The notes below the pieces were generated by a model. The model made no database searches, was not told where the DNA came from, and saw only the letters and a list, made by a program, of their open reading frames with translations. A stretch of DNA of 64,000 nt from Nemertoderma westbladi (Eukaryota > Animalia > Xenacoelomorpha), in contig JAUCBJ010007680.1 of the NCBI GenBank assembly GCA_032718475.1, forward strand, positions 77,264-141,263. Direction: 5' to 3'. The position numbers were made by a program, and so were the translations under genes. Positions 21,701 through 36,700 of this stretch are shown one piece after another. Positions within the stretch are counted from its first letter, which is position 1. Every line of letters begins with the position of its first letter.

Positions 21701-24700
21701 TTTTGTTCTTATAGTTCCACCCGTGTCTACATTTTGTTCTTATAGTTCCACCCGTGTCTACATTTTGTTCCTATAGTTCCACCCGTGTCTACATTTTGTT
21801 CTTATAGTTCCATCCGTGTTTACATTTTGTTCTTATAGTTCCATCCGTGTCTACATTCTGTTATTATAGTTCCGCCCGTATCTACATTTTGTTCCTATAG
21901 TTCCACCCGTGTCTACATTTTGTTCTTATAGTTCCACCCGTGTCTACATTTTGTTCCTATAGTTCCACCCGTGTCTACATTTTGTTCTTATAGTTCCACC
22001 CGTGTCTACATTTTGTTCCTATAGTTCCATCCGTGGCTACATTTTGTTCCTATAGTTCCACCCGTGTCTACATTTTGTTCTTATAGTTCCACCCGTGTCT
22101 ACATTTTGTTCCTATAGTTCCACCCGTGTCTACATTTTGTTCTTATAGTTCCATCCGTGGCTACATTTTGTTCTTATAGTTCCGCCCGTATCTACATTTT
22201 GTTCCTATAGTTCCACCCGTGTCTACATTTTGTTCCTATAGTTCCACCCGTGTCTACATTTTGTTCCTATAGTTCCACCCGTGTCTACATTTTGTTCCTA
22301 TAGTTCCACCCGTGTCTACATTTTGTTCTTATAGTTCCACCCGTGTCTACATTTTGTTCCTATAGTTCCACCCGTGTCTACATTTTGTTCTTATAGTTCC
22401 ACCCGTGTCTACATTTTGTTCCTATAGTTCCACCCGTGTCTAAATTTTGTTCCTATAGTTCCACCCGTGTCTACATTTTGTTCTTATAGTTCCACCCGTG
22501 TCTACATTTTGTTCCTATAGTTCCACCCGTATCTACATGTTGGTCTTCTAGTTCCACCCGTGTCTACATTTTGTTCTTATAGTTCCATCCGTGTCTACAT
22601 TTTGTTCTTATAGTTCCATCCGTGTTTACATTTTGTTCTTATAGTTCCATCCGTGTCTACATTCTGTTATTATAGTTCCGCCCGTATCTACATTTTGTTC
22701 CTATAGTTCCACCCGTGTCTACATTTTGTTCTTATAGTTCCATCCGTGTCTACATTCTGTTATTATAGTTCCGCCCGTATCTACATTTTGTTCTTATAGT
22801 TCCAACCGTGTCTACATTTTGTTCTTATAGTTCCACCCGTATCTACATTTTGTTCCTATAGTTCCACCCGTGTCTACATTTTGTTTTTATAGTTCCACCC
22901 GTGGCTACATTTTGTTCTTATAGTTCCACCCGTATCTACATTTTGTTCTTATAGTTCCATCCGCGGCTACATTTTGTTCTTATAGTTCCATCCGTGTTTA
23001 CATTTTGTTCTTATAGTTCCATCCGTGTCTACATTCTGTTATTATAGTTCCGTCCGTATCTACATTTTGTTCCTATAGTTCCATCCGTGGCTACATTTTG
23101 TTCTTATAGTTCCATCCGTGTTTACATTTTGTTCTTATAGTTCCATCCGTGTCTACATTCTGTTATTATAGTTCCGCCCGTATCTACATTTTGTTCCTAT
23201 AGTTCCACCCGTGTCTACATTTTGTTCTTATAGTTCCATCCGTGTCTACATTTTGTTCTTATAGTTCCATCCGTGGCTACATTCTGTTATTATAGTTCCG
23301 CCCGTATCTACATTTTGTTCCTATAGTTCCACCCGTGTCTACATTTTGTTCCTATAGTTCCACCCGTGGCTACATTTTGTTGTTATAGTTCCACCCGTGT
23401 CTACATTTTGTTCCTATAGTTCCGCCCGTGGCTACATTTTGTTCTTATAGTTCCATCCGTGTCTACATTCTGTTATTATAGTTCCGCCCGTATCTACATT
23501 TTGTTCCTATAGTTCCACCCGTGTCTACATTTTGTTCTTATAGTTCCATCCGCGTCTACATTTTGTTCTTATAGTTCCATCCGTGTTTACATTTTGTTCC
23601 TATAGTTCCACCCGTGTCTACATTTTGTTCTTATAGTTCCATCCGTGTCTACATTCTGTTATTATAGTTCCGCCCGTATCTACATTTTGTTCCTATAGTT
23701 CCACCCGTATCTACATTTTGTTCCTATAGTTCCACCCGTATCTACATTTTGTTCCTATATTTCCACCCGTGGCTACATTTTGTTCTTATAGTTCCACCCG
23801 TATCTACATTTTGTTCTTATAGTTCCATCCGTGTCTACATTCTGTTACTATAGTTCCGCCCGTATCTACATTTTGTTCCTATAGTTCCACCCGTGTCTAC
23901 ATTTTGTTCCTATAGTTCCATCCGTGGCTACATTTTTTCCTATAGTTCCATCCGTGGCTAGATTTTGTTCTTATAGTTCCATCCGTGTTTACATTTTGTT
24001 CTTATAGTTCCACCCGTGTCTACATTTTGTTCTTATAGTTCCACCCGTGTCTACATTTTGTTCCTATAGTTCCACCCGTGGCTACATTTTGTTCTTATAG
24101 TTCCACCCGTGTCTACATTTTGTTCTTATAGTTCCATCCGTGGCTACATTTTGTTCTTATAGTTCCACCCGTGTCTACATTTTGTTCTTATAGTTCCATC
24201 CGTATCTACATTCTGTTATTATAGTTCCGCCCGTATCTACATTTTTTCCTATAGTTCCATCCGTGGCTACATTTTGTTCTTATAGTACCATCCGTGGCTA
24301 CATTTTGTTCTTATAGTTCCATCCGTGGCTACATTTTGTTCTTATAGTTCCACCCGTGTCTACATTCTGTTATTATAGTTCCGCCCGTATCTACATTTTG
24401 TTCCTATAGTTCCATCCGTGGCTACATTTTGTTCTTATAGTTCCATCCGTGGCTACATTTTGTTCTTATAGTTCCACCCGTGTCTACATTTTGTTCTTAT
24501 AGTTCCATCCATGTTTACATTTTGTTCTTATAGTTCCATCCGTGTCTACATTCTGTTATTATAGTTCCGCCCGTATCTACATTTTGTTCCTATAGTTCCA
24601 TCCGTGGCTACATTTTGTTCTTATAGTTCCATCCGTGGCTACATTTTGTTCTTATAGTTCCATCCGTGTTTACATTTTGTTCTTATAGTTCCATCCGTGT

Positions 24701-27700
24701 CTACATTCTGTTATTATAGTTCCGCCCGTATCTACATTTTGTTCTTATAATTCCATCCGTGTTTACATTTTGTTCTTATAGTTCCATCCGTGTCTACATT
24801 CTGTTATTATAGTTCCGCCCGTATCTACATTTTGTTCCTATAGTTCCATCCGTGGCTACATTTTGTTCTTATAGTTCCACCCGTATCTACATTTTGTTCT
24901 TATAGTTCCATCCGTGTTTACATTTTGTTCTTATAGTTCCATCCATGTCTACATTCTGTTATTATAGTTCCGCCCGTATCTACATTTTGTTCTTATAGTT
25001 CCATCCGTGTCTACATTTTGTTCTTATAGTTCCACCCGTGTCTACATTTTGTTCCTATAGTTCCATCCGTGTCTACATTTTGTTCTTATAGTTCCATCCG
25101 TGGCTACATTTTGTTCTTATAGTTCCATCCGTGTTTACATTTTGTTCTTATAGTTCCATCCGTGTCTACATTCTGTTATTATAGTTCCGCCCGTATCTAC
25201 ATTTTGTTCTTATAGTTCCATCCGTGTTTACATTTTGTTCTTATAGTTCCATCCGTGTCTACATTCTGTTATTATAGTTCCGCCCGTATCTACATTTTGT
25301 TCCTATAGTTCCATCCGTGGCTACATTTTGTTCTTATAGTTCCGCCCGTATCTACATTTTGTTCCTATAGTTCCACCCGTGTCTACATTTTGTTCCTATA
25401 GTTCCACCCGTGTCTACATTTTGTTCCTATAGTTCCACCCGTGTCTACATTTTGTTCCTATAGTTCCACCCGTGTCTACATTTTGTTCCTATAGTTCCAC
25501 CCGTGTCTACATTTTGTTCTTATAGTTCCACCCGTGTCTACATTTTGTTCCTATAGTTCCACCCGTGTCTACATTTTGTTCTTATAGTTCCACCCGTGTC
25601 TACATTTTGTTCCTATAGTTCCACCCGTGTCTAAATTTTGTTCCTATAGTTCCACCCGTGTCTACATTTTGTTCTTATAGTTCCACCCGTGTCTACATTT
25701 TGTTCCTATAGTTCCACCCGTATCTACATGTTGGTCTTCTAGTTCCACCCGTGTCTACATTTTGTTCTTATAGTTCCATCCGTGTCTACATTTTGTTCTT
25801 ATAGTTCCATCCGTGTTTACATTTTGTTCTTATAGTTCCATCCGTGTCTACATTCTGTTATTATAGTTCCGCCCGTATCTACATTTTGTTCCTATAGTTC
25901 CACCCGTGTCTACATTTTGATCTTATAGTTCCATCCGTGTCTACATTCTGTTATTATAGTTCCGCCCGTATCTACATTTTGTTCTTATTGTTCCAACCGT
26001 GTCTACATTCTGTTATTATAGTTCCGCCCGTATCTACATTTTGTTCCTATAGTTCCATCCGTGGCTACATTTTGTTCTTATAGTTCCACCCGTATCTACA
26101 TTTTGTTCTTATAGTTCCATCCGTGTTTACATTTTGTTCTTATAGTTCCATCCGTGTCTACATTCTGTTATTATAGTTCCGCCCATATCTACATTTTGTT
26201 CTTATAGTTCCATCCGTGTCTACATTTTGTTCTTATAGTTCCACCCGTGTCTACATTTTGTTCTTATAGTTCCATCCGTGGCTACATTTTGTTCTTATAG
26301 TTCCATCCGTGTTTACATTTTGTTCCTATAGTTCCACCCGTGTCTACATTCTGTTATTATAGTTCCGCCCGTATCTACATTTTGTTCCTATAGTTCCATC
26401 CGTGGCTACATTTTGTTCTTATAGTTCCATCCGTGGCTACATTTTGTTCTTATAGTTCCATCCGTGTCTACATTCTGTTATTATAGTTCCGCCCGTATCT
26501 ACATTTTGTTCTTATAGTTCCATCCGTGTCTACATTCTGTTATTATAGTTCCGCCCGTATCTACATTTTGTTCCTATAGTTCCATCCGTGTCTACATTTT
26601 GTTCTTATAGTTCCATCCGTGGCTACATTTTGTTCTTATAGTTCCATCCGTGTTTACATTTTGTTCTTATAGTTCCATCCGTGTCTACATTCTGTTATTA
26701 TAGTTCCGCCCGTATCTACATTTTGTTCTTATAGTTCCATCCGTGTTTACATTTTGTTCTTATAGTTCCATCCGTGTCTACATTCTGTTATTATAGTTCC
26801 GCCCGTATCTACATTTTGTTCCTATAGTTCCATCCGTGGCTACATTTTGTTCTTATAGTTCCGCCCGTATCTACATTTTGTTCCTATAGTTCCACCCGTG
26901 TCTACATTTTGTTCCTATAGTTCCACCCGTGTCTACATTTTGTTCCTATAGTTCCACCCGTGTCTACATTTTGTTCTTATAGTTCCGCCCGTATCTACAT
27001 TTTGTTCCTATAGTTCCACCCGTGTCTACATTTTGTTCTTATAGTTCCATCCGTGGCTACATTTTGTTCTTATAGTTCCACCCGTGTCTACATTTTGTTC
27101 TTATAGTTCCACCCGTGTCTACATTTTGTTCCTATAGTTCCACCCGTGTCTACATTTTGTTCTTATAGTTCCATCCGTGTTTACATTTTGTTCTTATAGT
27201 TCCATCCGTGTCTACATTCTGTTATTATAGTTCCGCCCGTATCTACATTTTGTTCCTATAGTTCCATCCGTGGCTACATTTTGTTCTTATAGTTCCGCCC
27301 GTATCTACATTTTGTTCCTATAGTTCCACCCGTGTCTACATTTTGTTCCTATAGTTCCACCCGTGTCTACATTTTGTTCTTATAGTTCCACCCGTGTCTA
27401 CATTTTGTTCCTATAGTTCCACCCGTGTCTACATTTTGTTCTTATAGTTCCACCCGTGTCTACATTTTGTTCCTATAGTTCCACCCGTGTCTAAATTTTG
27501 TTCCTATAGTTCCACCCGTGTCTACATTTTGTTCTTATAGTTCCACCCGTGTCTACATTTTGTTCCTATAGTTCCACCCGTATCTACATGTTGGTCTTCT
27601 AGTTCCACCCGTGTCTACATTTTGTTCTTATAGTTCCATCCGTGTCTACATTTTGTTCTTATAGTTCCATCCGTGTTTACATTTTGTTCTTATAGTTCCA

Positions 27701-30700
27701 TCCGTGTCTACATTCTGTTATTATAGTTCCGCCCGTATCTACATTTTGTTCCTATAGTTCCACCCGTGTATACATTTTGTTCTTATAGTTCCATCCGTGT
27801 CTACATTCTGTTATTATAGTTCCGCCCGTATCTACATTTTGTTCTTATAGTTCCAACCGTGTCTACATTTTGTTCTTATAGTTCCACCCGTATCTACATT
27901 TTGTTCCTATAGTTCCACCCGTGTCTACATTTTGTTTTTATAGTTCCACCCGTGGCTACATTTTGTTCTTATAGTTCCACCCGTATCTACATTTTGTTCT
28001 TATAGTTCCATCCGTGGCTACATTTTGTTCTTATAGTTCCATCCGTGTTTACATTTTGTTCTTATAGTTCCATCCGTGTCTACATTCTGTTATTATAGTT
28101 CCGTCCGTATCTACATTTTGTTCCTATAGTTCCATCCGTGGCTACATTTTGTTCTTATAGTTCCATCCGTGTTTACATTTTGTTCTTATAGTTCCATCCG
28201 TGTCTACATTCTGTTATTATAGTTCCGCCCGTATCTACATTTTGTTCCTATAGTTCCACCCGTGTCTACATTTTGTTCTTATAGTTCCATCCGTGTCTAC
28301 ATTTTGTTCTTATAGTTCCATCCGTGGCTACATTCTGTTATTATAGTTCCGCCCGTATCTACATTTTGTTCCTATAGCTCCACCCGTGTCTACATTTTGT
28401 TCCTATAGTTCCACCCGTGGCTACATTTTGTTGTTATAGTTCCACCCGTGTCTACATTTTGTTCCTATAGTTCCGCCCGTGGCTACATTTTGTTCTTATA
28501 GTTCCATCCGTGTCTACATTCTGTTATTATAGTTCCGCCCGTATCTACATTTTGTTCCTATAGTTCCACCCGTGTCTACATTTTGTTCTTATAGTTCCAT
28601 CCGCGTCTACATTTTGTTCTTATAGTTCCATCCGTGTTTACATTTTGTTCCTATAGTTCCACCCGTGTCTACATTTTGTTCTTATAGTTCCATCAGTGTC
28701 TACATTCTGTTATTATAGTTCCGCCCGTATCTACATTTTGTTCCTATAGTTCCACCCGTATCTACATTTTGTTCCTATAGTTCCACCCGTATCTACATTT
28801 TGTTCCTATAGTTCCACCCGTGGCTACATTTTGTTCTTATAGTTCCACCCGTATCTACATTTTGTTCTTATAGTTCCATCCGTGTCTACATTCTGTTACT
28901 ATAGTTCCGCCCGTATCTACATTTTGTTCCTATAGTTCCACCCGTGTCTACATTTTGTTCCTATAGTTCCATCCGTGGCTACATTTTGTTCCTATAGTTC
29001 CATCCGTGGCTACATTTTGTTCTTATAGTTCCATCCGTGTTTACATTTTGTTCTTATAGTTCCACCCGTGTCTACATTTTGTTCTTATAGTTCCACCCGT
29101 GTCTACATTTTGTTCCTATAGTTCCACCCGTGGCTACATTTTGTTCTTATAGTTCCACCCGTGTCTACATTTTGTTCTTATAGTTCCATCCGTGGCTACA
29201 TTTTGTTCTTATAGTTCCACCCGTGTCTACATTTTGTTCTTATAGTTCCATCCGTATCTACATTCTGTTATTATAGTTCCGCCCGTATCTACATTTTTTC
29301 CTATAGTTCCATCCGTGGCTACATTTTGTTCTTATAGTTCCATCCGTGGCTACATTTTGTTCTTATAGTTCCATCCGTGGCTACATTTTGTTCTTATAGT
29401 TCCACCCGTGTCTACATTCTGTTATTATAGTTCCGCCCGTATCTACATTTTGTTCCTATAGTTCCATCCGTGGCTACATTTTGTTCTTATAGTTCCATCC
29501 GTGGCTACATTTTGTTCTTATAGTTCCACCCGTGTCTACATTTTGTTCTTATAGTTCCATCCGTGTTTACATTTTGTTCTTATAGTTCCATCCGTGTCTA
29601 CATTCTGTTATTATAGTTCCGCCCGTATCTACATTTTGTTCCTATAGTTCCATCCGTGGCTACATTTTGTTCTTATAGTTCCATCCGTGGCTACATTTTG
29701 TTCTTATAGTTCCATCCGTGTTTACATTTTGTTCTTATAGTTCCATCCGTGTCTACATTCTGTTATTATAGTTCCGCCCGTATCTACATTTTGTTCTTAT
29801 AGTTCCATCCGTGTTTACATTTTGTTCTTATAGTTCCATCCGTGTCTACATTCTGTTATTATAGTTCCGCCCGTATCTACATTTTGTTCCTATAGTTCCA
29901 TCCGTGGCTACATTTTGTTCTTATAGTTCCACCCGTATCTACATTTTGTTCTTATAGTTCCATCCGTGTTTACATTTTGTTCTTATAGTTCCATCCATGT
30001 CTACATTCTGTTATTATAGTTCCGCCCGTATCTACATTTTGTTCTTATAGTTCCATCCGTGTCTACATTTTGTTCTTATAGTTCCACCCGTGTCTACATT
30101 TTGTTCCTATAGTTCCACCCGTGTCTACATTCTGTTATTATAGTTCCGCCCGTATCTACATTTTGTTTCTATAGTTCCATCCGTGGCTACATTTTGTTCT
30201 TATAGTTCCATCCGTGGCTACATTTTGTTCTTATAGTTCCATCCGTGTCTACATTCTGTTATTATAGTTCCGCCCGTATCTACATTTTGTTCTTATAGTT
30301 CCATCCGTGTCTACATTCTGTTATTATAGTTCCGCCCGTATCTACATTTTGTTCCTATAGTTCCATCCGTGTCTACATTTTGTTCTTATAGTTCCATCCG
30401 TGGCTACATTTTGTTCTTATAGTTCCATCCGTGTTTACATTTTGTTCTTATAGTTCCATCCGTGTCTACATTCTGTTATTATAGTTCCGCCCGTATCTAC
30501 ATTTTGTTCTTATAGTTCCATCCGTGTTTACATTTTGTTCTTATAGTTCCATCCGTGTCTACATTCTGTTATTATAGTTCCGCCCGTATCTACATTTTGT
30601 TCCTATAGTTCCATCCGTGGCTACATTTTGTTCTTATAGTTCCGCCCGTATCTACATTTTGTTCCTATAGTTCCACCCGTGTCTACATTTTGTTCCTATA

Positions 30701-33700
30701 GTTCCACCCGTGTCTACATTTTGTTCCTATAGTTCCACCCGTGTCTACATTTTGTTCCTATAGTTCCACCCGTGTCTACATTTTGTTCCTATAGTTCCAC
30801 CCGTGTCTACATTTTGTTCTTATAGTTCCACCCGTGTCTACATTTTGTTCCTATAGTTCCACCCGTGTCTACATTTTGTTCTTATAGTTCCACCCGTGTC
30901 TACATTTTGTTCCTATAGTTCCACCCGTGTCTAAATTTTGTTCCTATAGTTCCACCCGTGTCTACATTTTGTTCTTATAGTTCCACCCGTGTCTACATTT
31001 TGTTCCTATAGTTCCACCCGTATCTACATGTTGGTCTTCTAGTTCCACCCGTGTCTACATTTTGTTCTTATAGTTCCATCCGTGTCTACATTTTGTTCTT
31101 ATAGTTCCATCCGTGTTTACATTTTGTTCTTATAGTTCCATCCGTGTCTACATTCTGTTATTATAGTTCCGCCCGTATCTACATTTTGTTCCTATAGTTC
31201 CACCCGTGTCTACATTTTGTTCTTATAGTTCCATCCGTGTCTACATTCTGTTATTATAGTTCCGCCCGTATCTACATTTTGTTCTTATAGTTCCAACCAT
31301 GTCTACATTTTGTTCTTATAGTTCCACCCGCATCTACATTTTGTTCCTATAGTTCCACCCGTGTCTACATTTTGTTTTTATAGTTCCACCCGTGGCTACA
31401 TTTTGTTCTTATAGTTCCACCCGTATCTACATTTTGTTCTTATAGTTCCATCCGTGGCTACATTTTGTTCTTATAGTTCCATCCGTGTTTACATTTTGTT
31501 CTTATAGTTCCATCCGTGTCTACATTCTGTTATTATAGTTCCGCCCGTATCTACATTTTGTTCCTATAGTTCCATCCGTGGCTACATTTTGTTCTTATAG
31601 TTCCATCCGTGTTTACATTTTGTTCTTATAGTTCCATCCGTGTCTACATTCTGTTATTATAGTTCCGCCCGTATCTACATTTTGTTCCTATAGTTCCACC
31701 CGTGTCTACATTTTGTTCTTATAGTTCCATCCGTGTCTACATTTTGTTCTTATAGTTCCATCCGTGGCTACATTCTGTTGTTATAGTTCCGCCCGTATCT
31801 ACATTTTGTTCCTATAGTTCCACCCGTGTCTACATTTTGTTCCTATAGTTCCACCCGTGGCTACATTTTGTTGTTATAGTTCCACCCGTGTCTACATTTT
31901 GTTCCTATAGTTCCGCCCGTGGCTACATTTTGTTCTTATAGTTCCATCCGTGTCTACATTCTGTTATTATAGTTCCGCCCGTATCTACATTTTGTTCCTA
32001 TAGTTCCACCCGTGTCTACATTTTGTTCTTATAGTTCCATCCGCGTCTACATTTTGTTCTTATAGTTCCATCCGTGTTTACATTTTGTTCCTATAGTTCC
32101 ACCCGTGTCTACATTTTGTTCTTATAGTTCCATCCGTGTCTACATTCTGTTATTATAGTTCCGCCCGTATCTACATTTTGTTCCTATAGTTCCACCCGTA
32201 TCTACATTTTGTTCCTATAGTTCCACCCGTATCTACATTTTGTTCCTATAGTTCCACCCGTGGCTACATTTTGTTCTTATAGTTCCGCCCGTATCTACAT
32301 TTTGTTCTTATAGTTCCACCCATGTCTACATTTTGTTCCTATAGTTCCACCCGTGGCTACATTTTGTTCTTATAGTTCCATCCGTGGCTACATTTTGTTC
32401 TTATAGTTCCAACCGTGTCTACATTTTGTTCTTATAGTTCCACCCGTGTCTACATTTTGTTCTTATAGTTCCACCCGTGGCTACATTTTGTTCTTATAGT
32501 TCCGTTCCACCCATATCTACATTTTGTTCTTATAGTTCCGCCCGTATCTACATTTTGTTCCTATAGTTCCACCCGTATCTACATTTTGTTCCTATAGTTC
32601 CACCCGTATCTACATTTTGTTCCTATAGTTCCACCCGTATCTACATTTTGTTCCTATAGTTCCGCCCGTATCTACATTTTGTTCCTATAGTTCCACCCGT
32701 ATCTACATTTTGTTCCTATAGTTCCACCCGTGTCTACATTTTGTTCTTATAGTTCCATCCGTGTCTACATTCTGTTATTATAGTTCCGCCCGTATCTACA
32801 TTTTGTTCCTATAGTTCCACCCGTATCTACATTTTGTTCCTATAGTTCCACCCGTATCTACATTTTGTTCCTATAGTTCCGCCCGTATCTACATTTTGTT
32901 CCTATAGTTCCACCCGTATCAACATTTTGTTCCTATAGTTCCACCCGTGTCTACATTTTGTTCTTATAGTTCCATCCGTGGCTACATTTTGTTCTTATAG
33001 TTCCACCCGTGTCTACATTTTGTTCTTATAGTTCCATCCGTATCTACATTCTGTTATTATAGTTCCGCCCGTATCTACATTTTTTCCTATAGTTCCATCC
33101 GTGGCTACATTTTGTTCTTATAGTTCCATCCGTGTCTACATTTTGTTCTTATAGTTCCATCCGTGTTTACATTTTGTTCTTATAGTTCCATCCGTGTCTA
33201 CATTCTGTTATTATAGTTCCGCCCGTATCTACATTTTGTTCTTATAGTTCCACCCGTGTCTACATTTTGTTCTTATAGTTCCATCCGTGTCTACATTCTG
33301 TTATTATAGTTCCGCCCGTATCTACATTTTGTTCTTATAGTTCCAACCGTGTCTACATTTTGTTCTTATAGTTCCACCCGTATCTACATTTTGTTCCTAT
33401 AGTTCCACCCGTGTCTACATTTTGTTTTTATAGTTCCACCCGTGGCTACATTTTGTTCTTATAGTTCCACCCGTATCTACATTTTGTTCTTATAGTTCCA
33501 TCCGTGGCTACATTTTGTTCTTATAGTTCCATCCGTGTTTACATTTTGTTCTTATAGTTCCATCCGTGTCTACATTCTGTTATTATAGTTCCGCCCGTAT
33601 CTACATTTTGTTCCTATAGTTCCATCCGTGGCTACATTTTGTTCTTATAGTTCCATCCGTGTTTACATTTTGTTCTTATAGTTCCATCCGTGTCTACATT

Positions 33701-36700
33701 CTGTTATTATAGTTCCGCCCATATCTACATTTTGTTCCTATAGTTCCACCCGTGTCTACATTTTGTTCTTATAGTTCCATCCGTGTCTACATTTTGTTCT
33801 TATAGTTCCATCCGTGGCTACATTCTGTTATTATAGTTCCGCCCGTATCTACATTTTGTTCCTATAGTTCCACCCGTGTCTACATTTTGTTCCTATAGTT
33901 CCACCCGTGGCTACATTTTGTTGTTATAGTTCCACCCGTGTCTACATTTTGTTCCTATAGTTCCGCCCGTGGCTACATTTTGTTCTTATAGTTCCATCCG
34001 TGTCTACATTCTGTTATTATAGTTCCGCCCGTATCTACATTTTGTTCCTATAGTTCCACCCGTGTCTACATTTTGTTCTTATAGTTCCATCCGCGTCTAC
34101 ATTTTGTTCTTATAGTTCCATCCGTGTTTACATTTTGTTCCTATAGTTCCACCCGTGTCTACATTTTGTTCTTATAGTTCCATCCGTGTCTACATTCTGT
34201 TATTATAGTTCCGCCCGTATCTACATTTTGTTCCTATAGTTCCACCCGTATCTACATTTTGTTCCTATAGTTCCACCCGTATCTACATTTTGTTCCTATA
34301 GTTCCACCCGTGGCTACATTTTGTTCTTATAGTTCCGCCCGTATCTACATTTTGTTCTTATAGTTCCACCCGTGTCTACATTTTGTTCCTATAGTTCCAC
34401 CCGTGGCTACATTTTGTTCTTATAGTTCCATCCGTGGCTACATTTTGTTCTTATAGTTCCAACCGTGTCTACATTTTGTTCTTATAGTTCCACCCGTGTC
34501 TACATTTTGTTCTTATAGTTCCACCCGTGGCTACATTTTGTTCTTATAGTTCCGTTCCACCCATATCTACATTTTGTTCTTATAGTTCCGCCCGTATCTA
34601 CATTTTGTTCCTATAGTTCCACCCGTATCTACATTTTGTTCCTATAGTTCCACCCGTATCTACATTTTGTTCCTATAGTTCCACCCGTATCTACATTTTG
34701 TTCCTATAGTTCCGCCCGTATCTACATTTTGTTCCTATAGTTCCACCCGTATCTACATTTTGTTCCTATAGTTCCACCCGTGTCTACATTTTGTTCTTAT
34801 AGTTCCATCCGTGGCTACATTTTGTTCTTATAGTTCCATCCGTGTTTACATTTTGTTCTTATAGTTCCATCCGTGTCTACATTCTGTTATTATAGTTCCG
34901 CCCGTATCTACATTTTGTTCTTATAGTTCCATCCGTGTTTACATTTTGTTCTTATAGTTCCATCCGTGTCTACATTCTGTTATTATAGTTCCGCCCGTAT
35001 CTACATTTTGTTCCTATAGTTCCATCCGTGGCTACATTTTGTTCTTATAGTTCCGCCCGTATCTACATTTTGTTCCTATAGTTCCACCCGTGTCTACATT
35101 TTGTTCCTATAGTTCCACCCGTGTCTACATTTTGTTCCTATAGTTCCACCCGTGTCTACATTTTGTTCCTATAGTTCCACCCGTGTCTACATTTTGTTCC
35201 TATAGTTCCACCCGTGTCTACATTTTGTTCTTATAGTTCCACCCGTGTCTACATTTTGTTCCTATAGTTCCACCCGTGTCTACATTTTGTTCTTATAGTT
35301 CCACCCGTGTCTACATTTTGTTCCTATAGTTCCACCCGTGTCTAAATTTTGTTCCTATAGTTCCACCCGTGTCTACATTTTGTTCTTATAGTTCCACCCG
35401 TGTCTACATTTTGTTCCTATAGTTCCACCCGTATCTACATGTTGGTCTTCTAGTTCCACCCGTGTCTACATTTTGTTCTTATAGTTCCATCCGTGTCTAC
35501 ATTTTGTTCTTATAGTTCCATCCGTGTTTACATTTTGTTCTTATAGTTCCATCCGTGTCTACATTCTGTTATTATAGTTCCGCCCGTATCTACATTTTGT
35601 TCCTATAGTTCCACCCGTGTCTACATTTTGTTCTTATAGTTCCATCCGTGTCTACATTCTGTTATTATAGTTCCGCCCGTATCTACATTTTGTTCTTATA
35701 GTTCCAACCGTGTCTACATTTTGTTCTTATAGTTCCACCCGCATCTACATTTTGTTCCTATAGTTCCACCCGTGTCTACATTTTGTTTTTATAGTTCCAC
35801 CCGTGGCTACATTTTGTTCTTATAGTTCCACCCGTATCTACATTTTGTTCTTATAGTTCCATCCGTGGCTACATTTTGTTCTTATAGTTCCATCCGTGTT
35901 TACATTTTGTTCTTATAGTTCCATCCGTGTCTACATTCTGTTATTATAGTTCCGCCCGTATCTACATTTTGTTCCTATAGTTCCATCCGTGGCTACATTT
36001 TGTTCTTATAGTTCCATCCGTGTTTACATTTTGTTCTTATAGTTCCATCCGTGTCTACATTCTGTTATTATAGTTCCGCCCGTATCTACATTTTGTTCCT
36101 ATAGTTCCACCCGTGTCTACATTTTGTTCTTATAGTTCCATCCGTGTCTACATTTTGTTCTTATAGTTCCATCCGTGGCTACATTCTGTTGTTATAGTTC
36201 CGCCCGTATCTACATTTTGTTCCTATAGTTCCACCCGTGTCTACATTTTGTTCCTATAGTTCCACCCGTGGCTACATTTTGTTGTTATAGTTCCACCCGT
36301 GTCTACATTTTGTTCCTATAGTTCCGCCCGTGGCTACATTTTGTTCTTATAGTTCCATCCGTGTCTACATTCTGTTATTATAGTTCCGCCCGTATCTACA
36401 TTTTGTTCCTATAGTTCCACCCGTGTCTACATTTTGTTCTTATAGTTCCATCCGCGTCTACATTTTGTTCTTATAGTTCCATCCGTGTTTACATTTTGTT
36501 CCTATAGTTCCACCCGTGTCTACATTTTGTTCTTATAGTTCCATCCGTGTCTACATTCTGTTATTATAGTTCCGCCCGTATCTACATTTTGTTCCTATAG
36601 TTCCACCCGTATCTACATTTTGTTCCTATAGTTCCACCCGTATCTACATTTTGTTCCTATAGTTCCACCCGTGGCTACATTTTGTTCTTATAGTTCCGCC